Assembly (NCBI GenBank): GCA_040753015.1
Contig: JBFMHM010000001.1
Span: 82,731 to 146,730 of the forward strand
Reading direction: 5' to 3'
DNA from: Candidatus Omnitrophota bacterium
Lineage (GTDB): Bacteria > Omnitrophota > Gorgyraeia > Gygaellales > JBFMHM01
DNA: 64,000 nt
Positions 37,890-49,000 of the stretch are shown piece by piece. How positions within the stretch are numbered: position 1 is the first letter of the stretch; each line of letters starts with the position of its first letter. The position numbers were made by a program, and so were the translations under genes. The notes beneath the pieces were generated by a model. The model was not told the origin of the DNA and made no database searches. It worked only from the letters and a program-made list of their open reading frames with translations.

Positions 37890-40445
37890 ATGAAAAAAAT
37901 ATTTTTTAGTTTGGTTGTTTCTATAACTTTAATTTGTTTGGGCACTATGTCCGCTGATGCACAAATCAAGAAACAACCTTATAATACAAAAGGTAATCCC
38001 GTGGCTATGCCAAGGCTTTCTATGGAAATAAGTTTACAAAATCAAAATCAACAAGCAATCAATGAAATTCGCGCGGGGCAGCCATTTAATATTCGTGCGA
38101 TCGTAACAAATAGCGGTAACGCTGAAGGTAGAATAACGCGACTTGAACTTTCAGATAATGGGCAGCGTATTAATCCACCGCTCAATACAATTGAAGTTCA
38201 AAATAATGGCCGTATGCCTTATAAAGCAACTAGTTGTGAAGTAATTATTCGTAATATAGTTATTCAGCAACAAGGCCAGCATACAATAACTTTACAACTA
38301 CGAGATGGCAATAATAACATTATCCCGGGTAATAATTCAGTTCCTTTACAAGTAATCGCCCCACAAGTTCAGCAACCAGCCGGAAGAGCTAGTATTGATA
38401 TTATTGATCCCATAGAAATAAATCCTAATCCCCTACGACCTGAGGATATATTTATTATTAATATTAATGCAAGAAACTTTGGTGCCGCGCACGGAATAAT
38501 AGAAAGAGTAGAAGTTACAGATAATTTTAATGTTATTCCTAACCTAATTCTTAATGTTAATGCACAACACGGACGCATCGTAATTCCTAACGATAATCAG
38601 AGTTACCCAATTTCGGTTCAATGCCAGCCGTTACAAACAGGAAGACATACAATACGTGTTAGATTTTTTTACAGCAGTGCTGCAGAACATCAAGAACATA
38701 TTTTTGATAGTCCGTACTCTGATCCAGTTATTCTAGAAATATCTGAACCGCAAGCACAGCCAAGCTTTGATAATCCCCAGCCTAGAATAATTGCGATAGC
38801 ACCAAGTCGCCCCAGTATCAATGAACCTTTTGGCGTAACTACAAGAATTACAAATTCCGGCAATGGTCCAGCTACAATAACTATGTCACGAATCTTTGAA
38901 GGCGATAATACTATTGGCACTAATAATGAAAGATTTGAAATAAACCCCAATATTACTATTAATAAAAATATAGCTTGCCAAGGTATAAGGCATCCCGGCG
39001 AACATACTATAGTTACTAAATTTTTTGATATTAATAATACGCCTATTTCAAGCGAACCGTTTACTTTTAATGTTATAGCAGCTAATTTTAACGAATCTTC
39101 TATATCGCGAGCTAGCCATTCAATCATTGCGAATCAATTATTTACAGTAACAGCAAACATTACGAATTCTGGAAACGGCCTAGGTACAATAAATACATCG
39201 ACAATTTTGTTACCAAACGGCAACCCTATAAGCACAGGAAGAAATGTATCACAACGTATTAATATCAAACCAGGCGAAACTGTTACTAAAGATATACAAT
39301 GTTTTATTATGCAGCAAGGTGAATATGATATAATTTTGGAACTAACTGACTCTAATAATAATGTTTATCGAAGCACGCCATTTCATATTGTCGTTGAACC
39401 TGCGCCACAAAGATTACCTAATCTTTCTATTGCCCGCGTATTTGCTACGATAGAAAACCGAGAAATCGATATAGTGCCGTCCAATACACCTTTTACTATT
39501 TCTATCGTAGTAAGCAATAGAGAAGGACAAGCAGATGGAATACTCTCTAATATCGAAATCAGAGATAATAATGCAATAATACCCTTGCCTGCGCCAAATC
39601 GTAATGTAACTGTTACTCGCGGCCAAGAACTAACTATACCAATCCGTATTCCAAACGGCATACAACAACCTGGTGAGCATAGGATAATGGTAACCCTTAT
39701 CGATAACAATAATAATTCTATTCCCGGCAATAATTTAGTTGCTCTACAAGTCCAAGAAGCACCTCGGCCACAGCCCCAGCTTGCTATATCTAACATTGCC
39801 ATAACAAATTTACAAAATCAGCCAATTAACTCCATTATCGCAGGCCAGCCTTTTAATATTGCCGTAACCGTAAATAATTCAGGCAACGCAGAGGGTGTTA
39901 TACAACGGGCGGAAGCGATAGATAACAATAATCTCATGAATCCGCAACCTCAAGTTAATCTTTCGAATAATGGACGCATTCCCGCTGGTGAACGAAATTA
40001 TAGAATAGAGTTTCTTAATGCAATAATTCAAAATCCCGGACCTCATCAAATCAACGTAAGGCTTACTGATTCAAGTGGAAATAGATACGATGTTAACCCG
40101 ATTATCCTACAAGTCCAAGAAGAACCCCGGCCAGAGGTTATAATTAATTCTGTAACTGCTACAGCTAATATCAACCTAAGAGATAGGCCCCAACCAGTTA
40201 CAGTAAATATTGAAGCAAGAAGCAATAATGCTCCTAGTACAATTAATGTAGAAATATTAGACCCGGATAACAACAGGCTAGAATTAGTTAGAAACATATT
40301 GCTTAATGTAAATGTAGATACCAGAGTACCACCAATAACAACATCACAAAACGCCCCTAGATCAACAAGACAAGTAAGGATTATAATCACCAGAGAAGAT
40401 AACACTGTTATTTTTGATCAACAGATAGATATTGCAAATCAATAG
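37890..40445 (+). CDS. secreted multi-domain CARDB-like repeat protein
   Basis: Signal peptide MKKIFFSLVVSITLICLGTMSADAQ. At least seven modules each contain a (T/V)N(S/F)GN(A/G)xG(R/T/V)I strand (NSGNAEGRI, NSGNGPATI, NSGNGLGTI, ...). The modules are separated by LQVQEAPRP-type linkers. Confidence 0.65.
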   Translation: MKKIFFSLVVSITLICLGTMSADAQIKKQPYNTKGNPVAMPRLSMEISLQNQNQQAINEIRAGQPFNIRAIVTNSGNAEGRITRLELSDNGQRINPPLNTIEVQNNGRMPYKATSCEVIIRNIVIQQQGQHTITLQLRDGNNNIIPGNNSVPLQVIAPQVQQPAGRASIDIIDPIEINPNPLRPEDIFIININARNFGAAHGIIERVEVTDNFNVIPNLILNVNAQHGRIVIPNDNQSYPISVQCQPLQTGRHTIRVRFFYSSAAEHQEHIFDSPYSDPVILEISEPQAQPSFDNPQPRIIAIAPSRPSINEPFGVTTRITNSGNGPATITMSRIFEGDNTIGTNNERFEINPNITINKNIACQGIRHPGEHTIVTKFFDINNTPISSEPFTFNVIAANFNESSISRASHSIIANQLFTVTANITNSGNGLGTINTSTILLPNGNPISTGRNVSQRINIKPGETVTKDIQCFIMQQGEYDIILELTDSNNNVYRSTPFHIVVEPAPQRLPNLSIARVFATIENREIDIVPSNTPFTISIVVSNREGQADGILSNIEIRDNNAIIPLPAPNRNVTVTRGQELTIPIRIPNGIQQPGEHRIMVTLIDNNNNSIPGNNLVALQVQEAPRPQPQLAISNIAITNLQNQPINSIIAGQPFNIAVTVNNSGNAEGVIQRAEAIDNNNLMNPQPQVNLSNNGRIPAGERNYRIEFLNAIIQNPGPHQINVRLTDSSGNRYDVNPIILQVQEEPRPEVIINSVTATANINLRDRPQPVTVNIEARSNNAPSTINVEILDPDNNRLELVRNILLNVNVDTRVPPITTSQNAPRSTRQVRIIITREDNTVIFDQQIDIANQ
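40134..40445 (+). repeat. 312-bp segment identical to 41553-41864 (shared 3' end of the two CARDB-like genes)
   Basis: Compared base by base, with a constant offset of 1419. Only the stop codons differ (TAG versus TAA). Confidence 0.8.
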
Positions 40446-40478
40446 ATAGTACGTAAGATTATAATGAATGGAGGCTGC

Positions 40479-41864
40479 ATGAAAAAAATATTTTTTGTTT
40501 TTGTTGTACACGTAGTATTAACTTGTTTAATTAATACTACAGCATACTCACAAGGAATTTTAAACCAAGATAACCAAAATCTTATTATTAATTCAGTTAT
40601 TATTGATCCTCAAATACCAGAGGCTAACCAACTTTTTAATATAAATGTTGAATTAAAAAATATTGGTAAGCAAAATCTTACTTTTGATGTCATAGAAGCA
40701 CAGACCCAACCCGAAGGAGTTATTTGGCGTCTAAGCTTTCCGAATGCAAGAACCATATCTCCAAAAACTAGTTTTTATTCCGGGCTAATTGAATGTCGTC
40801 CATTAGTCAATTCCGGGAAGCGAACATTAACAATAGTTGTAAAAAGTAGGAATAGAATAATTACACAAAAAAATATTGAAATAAAAGTTAGAAATGCAGC
40901 TGGGCCACTACTTTCAATTACTAATGTAATCGCTAGTCCTATTAATCAAAATCAGGGTTTTACCGTCACGGCTACAGTAAGAAATAGCGGGAATGCCGAA
41001 GGACGTATTATATCTACAACACTGCGAGCACAAGGAAATAATTTTATACTACAAAATAATATTGATAGGCTTGTAAGATCGCGATCAGAAGAACAAATTG
41101 AAATACGTTCACCAAATGGTTTTCCTACTCCAGGATTCAAAAATATGCTTTTAATTATTGAAACTGCCGATAACGCAAGAATACCTCCATTTCCTTTTGT
41201 AATAGAAGTTATTGAAACCAGAGCGCAAATTGGAATTATTAATCCTATTGAGATAAATCCTAATCCCGCTAACACAGGACAAGCATTTGATATTCTTACA
41301 AGAGTGCAAAATATCGGAAATGAAGGAGGAAGCATACGACACTTAATCGTAACGGATAACAATTTTCATCTTTTTGATGAAAGACCCAATGAAGTTATTC
41401 CCGCGGGTGAAAATCGAGTAATTACAACACGTATCCAAAACGGCATTCAAAATCTCGGCCCGCACCAGGTAAGCGTGCGCCTAACTGACTCAAATAATTA
41501 TCTCCATACCAGTAACCCAGTTATTATCCAAGTCCAAGAAGCACCTCGGCCCGAGGTTATAATTAATTCTGTAACTGCTACAGCTAATATCAACCTAAGA
41601 GATAGGCCCCAACCAGTTACAGTAAATATTGAAGCAAGAAGCAATAATGCTCCTAGTACAATTAATGTAGAAATATTAGACCCGGATAACAACAGGCTAG
41701 AATTAGTTAGAAACATATTGCTTAATGTAAATGTAGATACCAGAGTACCACCAATAACAACATCACAAAACGCCCCTAGATCAACAAGACAAGTAAGGAT
41801 TATAATCACCAGAGAAGATAACACTGTTATTTTTGATCAACAGATAGATATTGCAAATCAATAA
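40479..41864 (+). CDS. secreted CARDB-like repeat protein, paralogue of 37890-40445
   Basis: The start is revised to MKKIFFVFVV, with GGAGG 5 nt upstream. The signal peptide, NSGNAEGRI and NIGNEGGSI modules, and a C-terminal 104 aa identical to the upstream gene are present. Confidence 0.65.
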   Translation: MKKIFFVFVVHVVLTCLINTTAYSQGILNQDNQNLIINSVIIDPQIPEANQLFNINVELKNIGKQNLTFDVIEAQTQPEGVIWRLSFPNARTISPKTSFYSGLIECRPLVNSGKRTLTIVVKSRNRIITQKNIEIKVRNAAGPLLSITNVIASPINQNQGFTVTATVRNSGNAEGRIISTTLRAQGNNFILQNNIDRLVRSRSEEQIEIRSPNGFPTPGFKNMLLIIETADNARIPPFPFVIEVIETRAQIGIINPIEINPNPANTGQAFDILTRVQNIGNEGGSIRHLIVTDNNFHLFDERPNEVIPAGENRVITTRIQNGIQNLGPHQVSVRLTDSNNYLHTSNPVIIQVQEAPRPEVIINSVTATANINLRDRPQPVTVNIEARSNNAPSTINVEILDPDNNRLELVRNILLNVNVDTRVPPITTSQNAPRSTRQVRIIITREDNTVIFDQQIDIANQ

Positions 41865-42131
41865 CATTGAAGCTGACTTTAAAAAATTTTATATATTTTA
41901 TAAAAAAAACTTGACAATATCAATTTAATATGATAAAAATTAAATATAATATATAATTTTAAACACTAGAGATAACTTAAATTATGGCAGAAAGGAGGGA
42001 TGAAAAAATCTTTTTCTTAAAGATTATGCGCCTAGAGTTATCAAAATCTAGTGATATATAAAAGAAAATACCTTAGGGTTTAACCCTAGTTCTAAAATAT
42101 AACAAACGTTTTTTTAATGTGGAGGATTCAA

Positions 42132-43784
42132 ATGAAAAAAAGTTTATTAATCGCATGTTTAGCGATACTTGCATTTATCGCTATAACTATGCCCTCATAC
42201 GCCGCTGTGCAAAATATTAAGCTAAGCGGTGATTTGTTGATGAGAGGCATCTCTCGCTGGCAATTTGATTTTGTCGGTGACAAAACTGATGACGGAGCAA
42301 CCGTAATGGCTGGCGCAGGGGCTTGGAATGAAAATGGTCAAAATTATTTTATGACAACTGCCAGAGTAAGACTTGATGCTGATTTAACTGATAATGTTTC
42401 TGCAACTGTTAGAGTTCTAAATGAAAGAAAATGGGGTAACAAAGGAACTGATTCAAATCATGCTAATGGAAACCCTGGCTATAAAGCAGGAAGCGGTATC
42501 GATACTAATGATGATAATGTTAGGATTGATCTTGCTTATGCCACGTTAAAAGAATTCCTTTATGCACCATTAACATTAACTATCGGCCGGCAAAGAATGC
42601 AATTCGGCAATGGCATGATTGTTGGTGATTGGGATACAAATCTTGCCGCAACAACTGGTTATGCTACAGCACCTAACCCATCAACAGTAGCTCAAGCTGG
42701 CGGCCCACAAGGCGCTGTTATGAACAGATGGGGCAATTTTGGTTATTATAATCCTGCTCCTGATTTAAGCGAAGATAAATCGTTTGATGCAATCAGAGCA
42801 ACTATTAATTTAGATCCTTTAACAATGGATCTTTTATATGCAAAGTTAGATGAACAAGATCCTGCATTAGCCGATGATCTCGATCTCTGGGGTTTAAATA
42901 CCGGCTATAAGTTTGATTTACCTATACCATTTTTTTCTGAAATTTATTATTTTGGAAAATACCGTGGTAAAGATTATGTTAATGATGATACCGGTGTACT
43001 CTCAGCAGCAGCCGGCGCTACCCGTGAAATCAATAAAAATGATCAAGTACATACGCTCGGTGCAAGAGTGAGCCTCGATCCAGCTGAAAATCTTAATGTT
43101 CAATTTGAACTTGCTGGCCAGGTTGGTAGATACAATCCTCGGTTAGATCCAAATGATAGTGGTGCTTCTACTGTAAATGGTGTAGCAAGAGCTGCATGGG
43201 CAACTGAATTATCTGTTAATTATGATATACCAAAGTGGAAATTCAACCCAAAATTTATGGGTAGTTATGCATTTTTCTCTGGTGATCCGAAAGCAGCTAA
43301 CAGAGATCCTTCTATCGCCCCTGTCGCAGGAAATGCAGCATCATCAACTTCAGGCGCAGAAACATATAATGGATGGGATCCAATGTTTGAAAATCAAACA
43401 TTTGGCCATATTGCCAATGCTTTATTCAAACAAACCAATATGCACATATGGATGCTAAAAAGTTCCTTTACGCCATTACAGGATATCAATGTTGACCTTG
43501 GCTATAGCTATTACAGATTAAATAGGGGTTTTAATCAAGGTGATAGAGTTATCTTAAATGGTTTATTTGGCGGCCGTGCATATTTTATGAATGCACACGA
43601 TCATCTTGGACAAGAACTCGATGCAAACATCACTTACGACTACACTGAAGATGTTCAATTCGGGCTATTAGGAGGATTATTCTTCCCCGGAAATGCATTT
43701 ATGGAAAGTGGTAACGGTGGGCAATTCTTAACAAACCACAAAACAGCATCTGAAGTTATCGGTTCAATGAAAGTAACCTTCTAA
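42132..43784 (+). CDS. putative outer-membrane beta-barrel protein (porin/alginate-export-like)
   Basis: The start is revised to MKKSLLIACLAILAFIAITMPSYA, with GGAGG 6 nt upstream. The body has alternating amphipathic strands rich in Gly, Asn, Tyr and Asp. The C-terminal ...SMKVTF ends in Phe, as in an OMP beta-signal. Confidence 0.55.
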   Translation: MKKSLLIACLAILAFIAITMPSYAAVQNIKLSGDLLMRGISRWQFDFVGDKTDDGATVMAGAGAWNENGQNYFMTTARVRLDADLTDNVSATVRVLNERKWGNKGTDSNHANGNPGYKAGSGIDTNDDNVRIDLAYATLKEFLYAPLTLTIGRQRMQFGNGMIVGDWDTNLAATTGYATAPNPSTVAQAGGPQGAVMNRWGNFGYYNPAPDLSEDKSFDAIRATINLDPLTMDLLYAKLDEQDPALADDLDLWGLNTGYKFDLPIPFFSEIYYFGKYRGKDYVNDDTGVLSAAAGATREINKNDQVHTLGARVSLDPAENLNVQFELAGQVGRYNPRLDPNDSGASTVNGVARAAWATELSVNYDIPKWKFNPKFMGSYAFFSGDPKAANRDPSIAPVAGNAASSTSGAETYNGWDPMFENQTFGHIANALFKQTNMHIWMLKSSFTPLQDINVDLGYSYYRLNRGFNQGDRVILNGLFGGRAYFMNAHDHLGQELDANITYDYTEDVQFGLLGGLFFPGNAFMESGNGGQFLTNHKTASEVIGSMKVTF

Positions 43785-43815
43785 TTAATCAGAAGGAAGC
43801 AATTTATCCCCCGCA

Positions 43816-43847
43816 GAGTTTCTGCGGGGGATTTTTTATTGACAAAA
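43816..43847 (+). terminator. rho-independent terminator
   Basis: CCCCCGCAGAG-TTT-CTGCGGGGG is followed by ATTTTTTATT. Confidence 0.75.
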
Positions 43848-43888
43848 TCTATTGTAGTATATACAATAAGAATAAAGAGAGGAATCAA

Positions 43889-44206
43889 ATGCAGAATGAT
43901 GATGAAATAAAAGAAGGTAAAATATTTGCCTTAATGGGTTATTTGTCAATACTTTGTTTGATTCCGCTTATTCTCAAGAAAGATAATAAATTCGTTTTAT
44001 ATCATGCTAAGCAAGGGCTCGTTATATTTATTATTGAACTAATTCTTATGCTTATAGGAATTTTACCATTTATTGGCTGGCTAATAAGTGTTTTAGGAAC
44101 ATTTTTATGTATGTTAATTTCACTATATGGTATTATTGAATGTTTAATAGGAAACTACGTTAAAATTCCTCTGGTTAGCTATATTGCTTCAAAAATTGAT
44201 TTATAA
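43889..44206 (+). CDS. DUF4870-family small membrane protein
   Basis: ALMGYLSILCLIPLILKKDNKFVLYHAKQGLVIFII matches the DUF4870 (F)HAKQ signature. Confidence 0.6.
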   Translation: MQNDDEIKEGKIFALMGYLSILCLIPLILKKDNKFVLYHAKQGLVIFIIELILMLIGILPFIGWLISVLGTFLCMLISLYGIIECLIGNYVKIPLVSYIASKIDL

Positions 44207-44208
44207 TA

Positions 44209-44685
44209 ATGAATAAAATGAAATTATTAATATTTGTATTATCTACGGTTTTTTTATTTATTAATCCTTATATTTCTTATAGCGAAAAAGCGAAGGACTT
44301 GCAAGCAGTGGTTAGTGAAAACATAACTAATGCAAGATCCCTAAAACAAGAAATTGAATCATTAAATAATTCCTTAAATTGCCAAAGTTTAACAAAAATT
44401 AAATTAGCTTATAAAACACTTTATTCTAAATTTGGCCTGTACGATAAAGAGTTAACTGATTTACTACAAGTATTAATAAACCTGCAAGGCATAGCTCAAA
44501 AAGTTGATGGCCTGTCAAACGGCCTACTTTTACTTACAGTAAGAAATAGCATCGCAAGCGACCTCGATCTATTAAAAAATAATATCTTTAGTATTGAACT
44601 AAATACACTCTTCAAAAAATATCTATTATTAATTAGCTCTCTATTGATTACCCTAATTATCTATTTATACTTTAGAAAACGCTAA
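44209..44685 (+). CDS. hypothetical protein with N- and C-terminal TM helices
   Basis: 158 aa, with a signal/anchor sequence plus a C-terminal TM helix. It starts 3 nt after the upstream stop. Confidence 0.4.
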   Translation: MNKMKLLIFVLSTVFLFINPYISYSEKAKDLQAVVSENITNARSLKQEIESLNNSLNCQSLTKIKLAYKTLYSKFGLYDKELTDLLQVLINLQGIAQKVDGLSNGLLLLTVRNSIASDLDLLKNNIFSIELNTLFKKYLLLISSLLITLIIYLYFRKR

Positions 44686-44687
44686 TA

Positions 44688-45020
44688 ATGGAGTTTGATA
44701 AACGCTCGATCAAGGTTGAATTTTTTAAATCAAGCGGCCCTGGTGGACAGCATAAGAATAAGAAAAAGACTGCTGTGAAGCTTACCTATATACCCACAAG
44801 GGTAACTATCAGAGAAACTCGAGAGCGCTCCCAAACCCAAAACCTCAAAAATGCTCTAAACAAGCTCGATATCAAACTTAAAAAACTGCACAAAAAGGGG
44901 AAAAAGAGGGTAGCAACTAAACCTACAAAAATATCCAGAGAAAACAGACTAAAATATAAAAAATTCATTAGCAAAAAGAAAAAGATGCGGCTAAAAAATA
45001 TTAAACTAGATAATTTATAA
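44688..45020 (+). CDS. arfB: ArfB-like ribosome rescue factor (GGQ peptidyl-tRNA hydrolase domain with basic tail)
   Basis: KSSGPGGQHKNKKKTAV is the GGQ motif. The Lys-rich C-terminal tail is typical of ArfB/YaeJ. Length is 110 aa. Confidence 0.65.
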   Translation: MEFDKRSIKVEFFKSSGPGGQHKNKKKTAVKLTYIPTRVTIRETRERSQTQNLKNALNKLDIKLKKLHKKGKKRVATKPTKISRENRLKYKKFISKKKKMRLKNIKLDNL

Positions 45021-45051
45021 TCTTTGTAGTATAAATAAAAAAGGAGGCTAT

Positions 45052-45333
45052 ATGTTATGTTGTTGTGCAATTATGCCTATAATAAAGGCAGTATTTATGC
45101 TCGTATTGGCTTTTTTTGTATTCTTGGCTGTAAGTAAAACAGAGTTAAAAGGCCTGAAACTATTTGGAAAAATCTTAGGGGTTATATTATTAATATTGGC
45201 AGGATACATGATTGCCATGAATGTATGTTCGCGCATGTCAAATGGCCGATGCCCAATGAAATACAATAAAGATAAAGGTAATATTCATATGAAAATGCAT
45301 CACCAACAAATGATACAGCAAGAAGTAAAATAA
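45052..45333 (+). CDS. hypothetical small membrane protein with His-rich C-terminus
   Basis: Two TM helices, followed by HMKMHHQQM. AGGAGG lies upstream. Confidence 0.4.
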   Translation: MLCCCAIMPIIKAVFMLVLAFFVFLAVSKTELKGLKLFGKILGVILLILAGYMIAMNVCSRMSNGRCPMKYNKDKGNIHMKMHHQQMIQQEVK

Positions 45334-45352
45334 ACAATAAATAAAAGTAGAA

Positions 45353-45392
45353 TTATCTATAGGCATCCATAAATTGGGTGCCTATTTTTATA
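45353..45392 (+). terminator. rho-independent terminator
   Basis: ATAGGCATCC-ataaatt-GGGTGCCTAT is followed by TTTTTAT. Confidence 0.55.
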
Positions 45393-45730
45393 TTGCTTTA
45401 CTTCCTATAATATATCTTATGTTAACTACGATAAATAGCAATATATTCCATAACACATTGTTTTATAAGGATTTATGTAATTGTAGGGATTTCCTGTTAA
45501 TAAGCACTTCTTGGCTTACTGAGACTTACTTATTCTTAACAGGCAAGCTGCTATCTCTTTACATTTAATTTAGTTATGAATAATCTGTTATCTTATCTAA
45601 ACTTACTTTTATTTCACTTACCCTAACTTACTTATTATTTCAAAAAAATCTACCTCTGGCTGGTACCAGAAAGTATATACTCTAAATCGCCGTTTGTTAA
45701 GTTTATTTTCAAAAAAGATGGTATATATTA

Positions 45731-46033
45731 TTAAGTAATAATAGCAATTTGAATTAGTGATAAATCAATACCACCTGTAGGCTCTACTGAAGCCATTTTG
45801 GTACCAGATTGACCTGGATTTGGTAAGGCTTTTTGGGCTTGATTGGCTATAATTTCTAGTGCTTCTTGACCGCTAGGATTACCCGCAACCAACTGCGCAG
45901 TATCCGGCTTAACCCCGGCTTTAAGAAGTTTGGTTATAGCTAGATTCGTAAACATATTAATAAATTGTTTTATATCCTTTCCTAGCACAAGTATCTGCCT
46001 GGTCAGGAGCGCCGGGGGTGACGTGCCAGTCAC
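45731..46033 (-). CDS. hypothetical ORF overlapping the 3' end of the giant gene (possibly a frameshifted continuation)
   Basis: 100-aa ORF that overlaps 45957-51140 by 77 nt in another frame. No motif is recognised. Confidence 0.2.
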   Translation of the reverse strand: MTGTSPPALLTRQILVLGKDIKQFINMFTNLAITKLLKAGVKPDTAQLVAGNPSGQEALEIIANQAQKALPNPGQSGTKMASVEPTGGIDLSLIQIAIIT

Positions 46034-49000
46034 GACCCTCTTTACCTCTGTTAAAGAATTGTTGAGTTAGGCGGATGATTTGATAGTGATCTAGGTCTGT
46101 ATTTTCAAGTAATTCGTGGAGGATATATTCGTCAATTAAGTCATTTGGTAAACCATTCACTCCCTCCCTTTCACTTAAATATTGTATTAGATTAATTGCA
46201 AGAGCACTTTCAGCGCCTAAGAAGTAACGGTTAGGGCTTTCTACTTCGGCGTTAAACCAGTTAAATGGACAAGTTTCAGCTTCAGGCAGACCGAAGGCCT
46301 CGCCAGTTTTTAGTGGCGGGCCGCGTAAGCGATTGAGTAAACCTTGCGCGTCTTGTTGTGACATGCCTGCGTTGATCAATAAAGCTTCTATTTCAGCCCC
46401 TCTGTTATCCAACAACGCCTGTATTCGCCTATGCGCTAAAACAACAACTTCGCGGTTATCTTGTGCTACTTGGCTTGAGTTTGCCTTGATTGCTTCCCTC
46501 TTCCGCGCAAGTTCCTCTTCGCTGTAGCCACGCGATATTTCGCCGGTAGGAGTTTTAGTCCTCGCGTTATTAATATCGCGAATTATTCTCTCTATATCAT
46601 TTCTGACTTCCCTAGAACCTCGATTAAAAGCTGTTTCTAATGCAGGTAATGCTACTTTGCCGATTTTAATAAGGGATTCGATCGCAGAGTCGCGAACAGT
46701 AGGATCTTTCAAACACTCAATTAAAGACTCAACTGCTGGCCGACCGGTTTTAATAAGTGCTTCTCTGGCGTTATAGCGGACAGACCCATCCTCATCCTTC
46801 AAACATTTAATCAAAGGCTCAACTGCACGAGGATCGCCGATTTCGCCAAGGGCTTTGATAGCGGATTGACTGAGCAAATTGTTATCATATCTCAAGCATG
46901 CAATCAGACGCTCGACTGCTGGCCGACCAATTTTAATAAAGGCCTTAACGGCAGCTTGACGAACATTTTTATCCTCATCTCTCAGACACACAATTAGAGG
47001 ATCGACTGCCGGCTGGCCAATTTTAGCAAGGGCCTGGGCAGCTGCGTGGCGGATATCTTCGTTTTCATCTCTTAAGCACGTAATTAACGGTTCGACTATC
47101 AATGGATGACGACTCTCGCCAAGATTACGAATAATAGATTTGCGATCTGTTTCATCATCGGGATTAAGAAAACTGACCTGCCTTGCAACATCTTCTGGCA
47201 TCCCCAAATTACTTAAAAGTGTAATTAACCTACCCGTATCTATCATTAGATTTAGGAGATGAGGCGCATTAACTCTAGTAAAATCCAAATTAGTATGTGA
47301 TAATATATTGATTAAATTTCTACGCCAAGTAGCCCATTGTTCAATTTCTGGATTAAATGAGCGTTTTAATAATTGTAATAAATGTTTGTCCATAAGTTTT
47401 CGAGCTTCATCAGTACTTATCGCAGCTTCGGCATACGCAATTAAATCATTCACAACGTATGCATTACCTCTTTGCGCTAGAATGACAAGGATATCTTCTA
47501 TGTCATCCTTTGCCCGGGAAAGCCGCCATAATCTTTTACACTGTTCCTCTGTAAAATTTTTAGGATGATGTTCTGCTATTTGTCTAAGGCTAGTAGATAT
47601 TTCAGCGCTATATTTTGTAGTTTCTTGTTTATGTAGTCGGATAATTTGTAGTACCTTACGCATAGTATTTTTCGACTCTATTAACTCTAGGTATTCCAAC
47701 ATTACATCAATTGCCTTTAACCTCCCCAACTCAGCAATTGCATCTTTGCGCGCTTGATCTAAGTCAGTGCGTAAAGCAATAAGCACACGAAAGTCTGCTT
47801 TTAGTTTATGCCAATTATCATCAGTAGTTTCGATGATTTGAGCACATCTTTTAACTGCTTGCTCTCTTTGGCCTTTAGTCAAGTCGGCTGCAAGTAACAC
47901 GCCAGTTAGCTGGAATTCAAGCTCTGTGTTATATTCTTGAGGCCGTGTTTTAATAAGCGCCTCATGGAGTTCTCTTGCTTGATCTAGCGCTTCTACTGCC
48001 GGGCCGAGAAGAATACGTTCTGCTAATCTGCGTGAGTCTTGATCATATAGCTGTTGATTATGAACCATAACATCAAGCGTGCCTACTGCTTTAGGCTGGT
48101 TTATTCTAGCTAAGAGCAATGATAAAAATTCAACGCATCTTATTTTATCCGATAAGTCATAACCAGCTACAGCTAATCTAGGCTGGTTTTGGCCTAGTGT
48201 ATTAACAAAAATAGCTATTGCCTGAGGTTCTTGTACGGTTATAAGCTCTACCAAAAGATCAAAAGCAACAATGCCTTTATCTTTGGCAAAGCCTGCTAGT
48301 GCCTTAACAACATCTGCTGGTAGACGGCCAAGCATACATATATCCGAGACTCTTCTTAGTTCTCTTGCGTATATCTGTTGCGGTGAGTCACTATCTGTTG
48401 TTCTTGCTATAGCTGCAGCACTGGCTTGTTGTTTTAATTCTTGCAGCTTATTATAACTTCTACTAAGTTCAGTTTGTATTGCTTCTATGTCATCAATACT
48501 CTTTTGAAAGCTTATAGTTTGTGTTTGGCCTCTAGTTATAGTTCCTTGTTGCCTTATTGTATCTACTAAAACAATAAGCCTAGCTACAGTAGCAAGCCCA
48601 GCAATCTTATCTTCAGTTTTCATATGGGTTCTAATAGCAGCAATGTAAGGCTTGTATCTTCTTGTTTCCATCATATGGGCAAGAACATAACAAGATAATG
48701 GTAGATTAGCAAGGACTTCTTCAGTAAGCATTCCTTTGTATTGAGCAAGGCAAAGCCTAGCCCTTGCAGAGTCTAAAAAACTTAGCCAAGTTATTAGGCT
48801 TACCACATCATCAGAAGTCCTGGCAAAGCTTTTCATAAATACTAAAGTTGCTGTTTCTGTATCTAAGTAAGTGAGTAATTCTAATACAGCTGGTTGTATA
48901 TCTAACTGTCTTGTGAGATTAATTAGCATCTTAACAGCTTGCTCTCTATCACGGTTAGTACTCATAAGCAGCGCTGTTTGGCTAAACGCTTCTTGTCTTT

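Noticed and set aside
45374-45568. 64-aa ORF in the convergent intergenic region
   Set aside because: There is no RBS, and it sits between two terminator-like ends. It is AT-rich noise.
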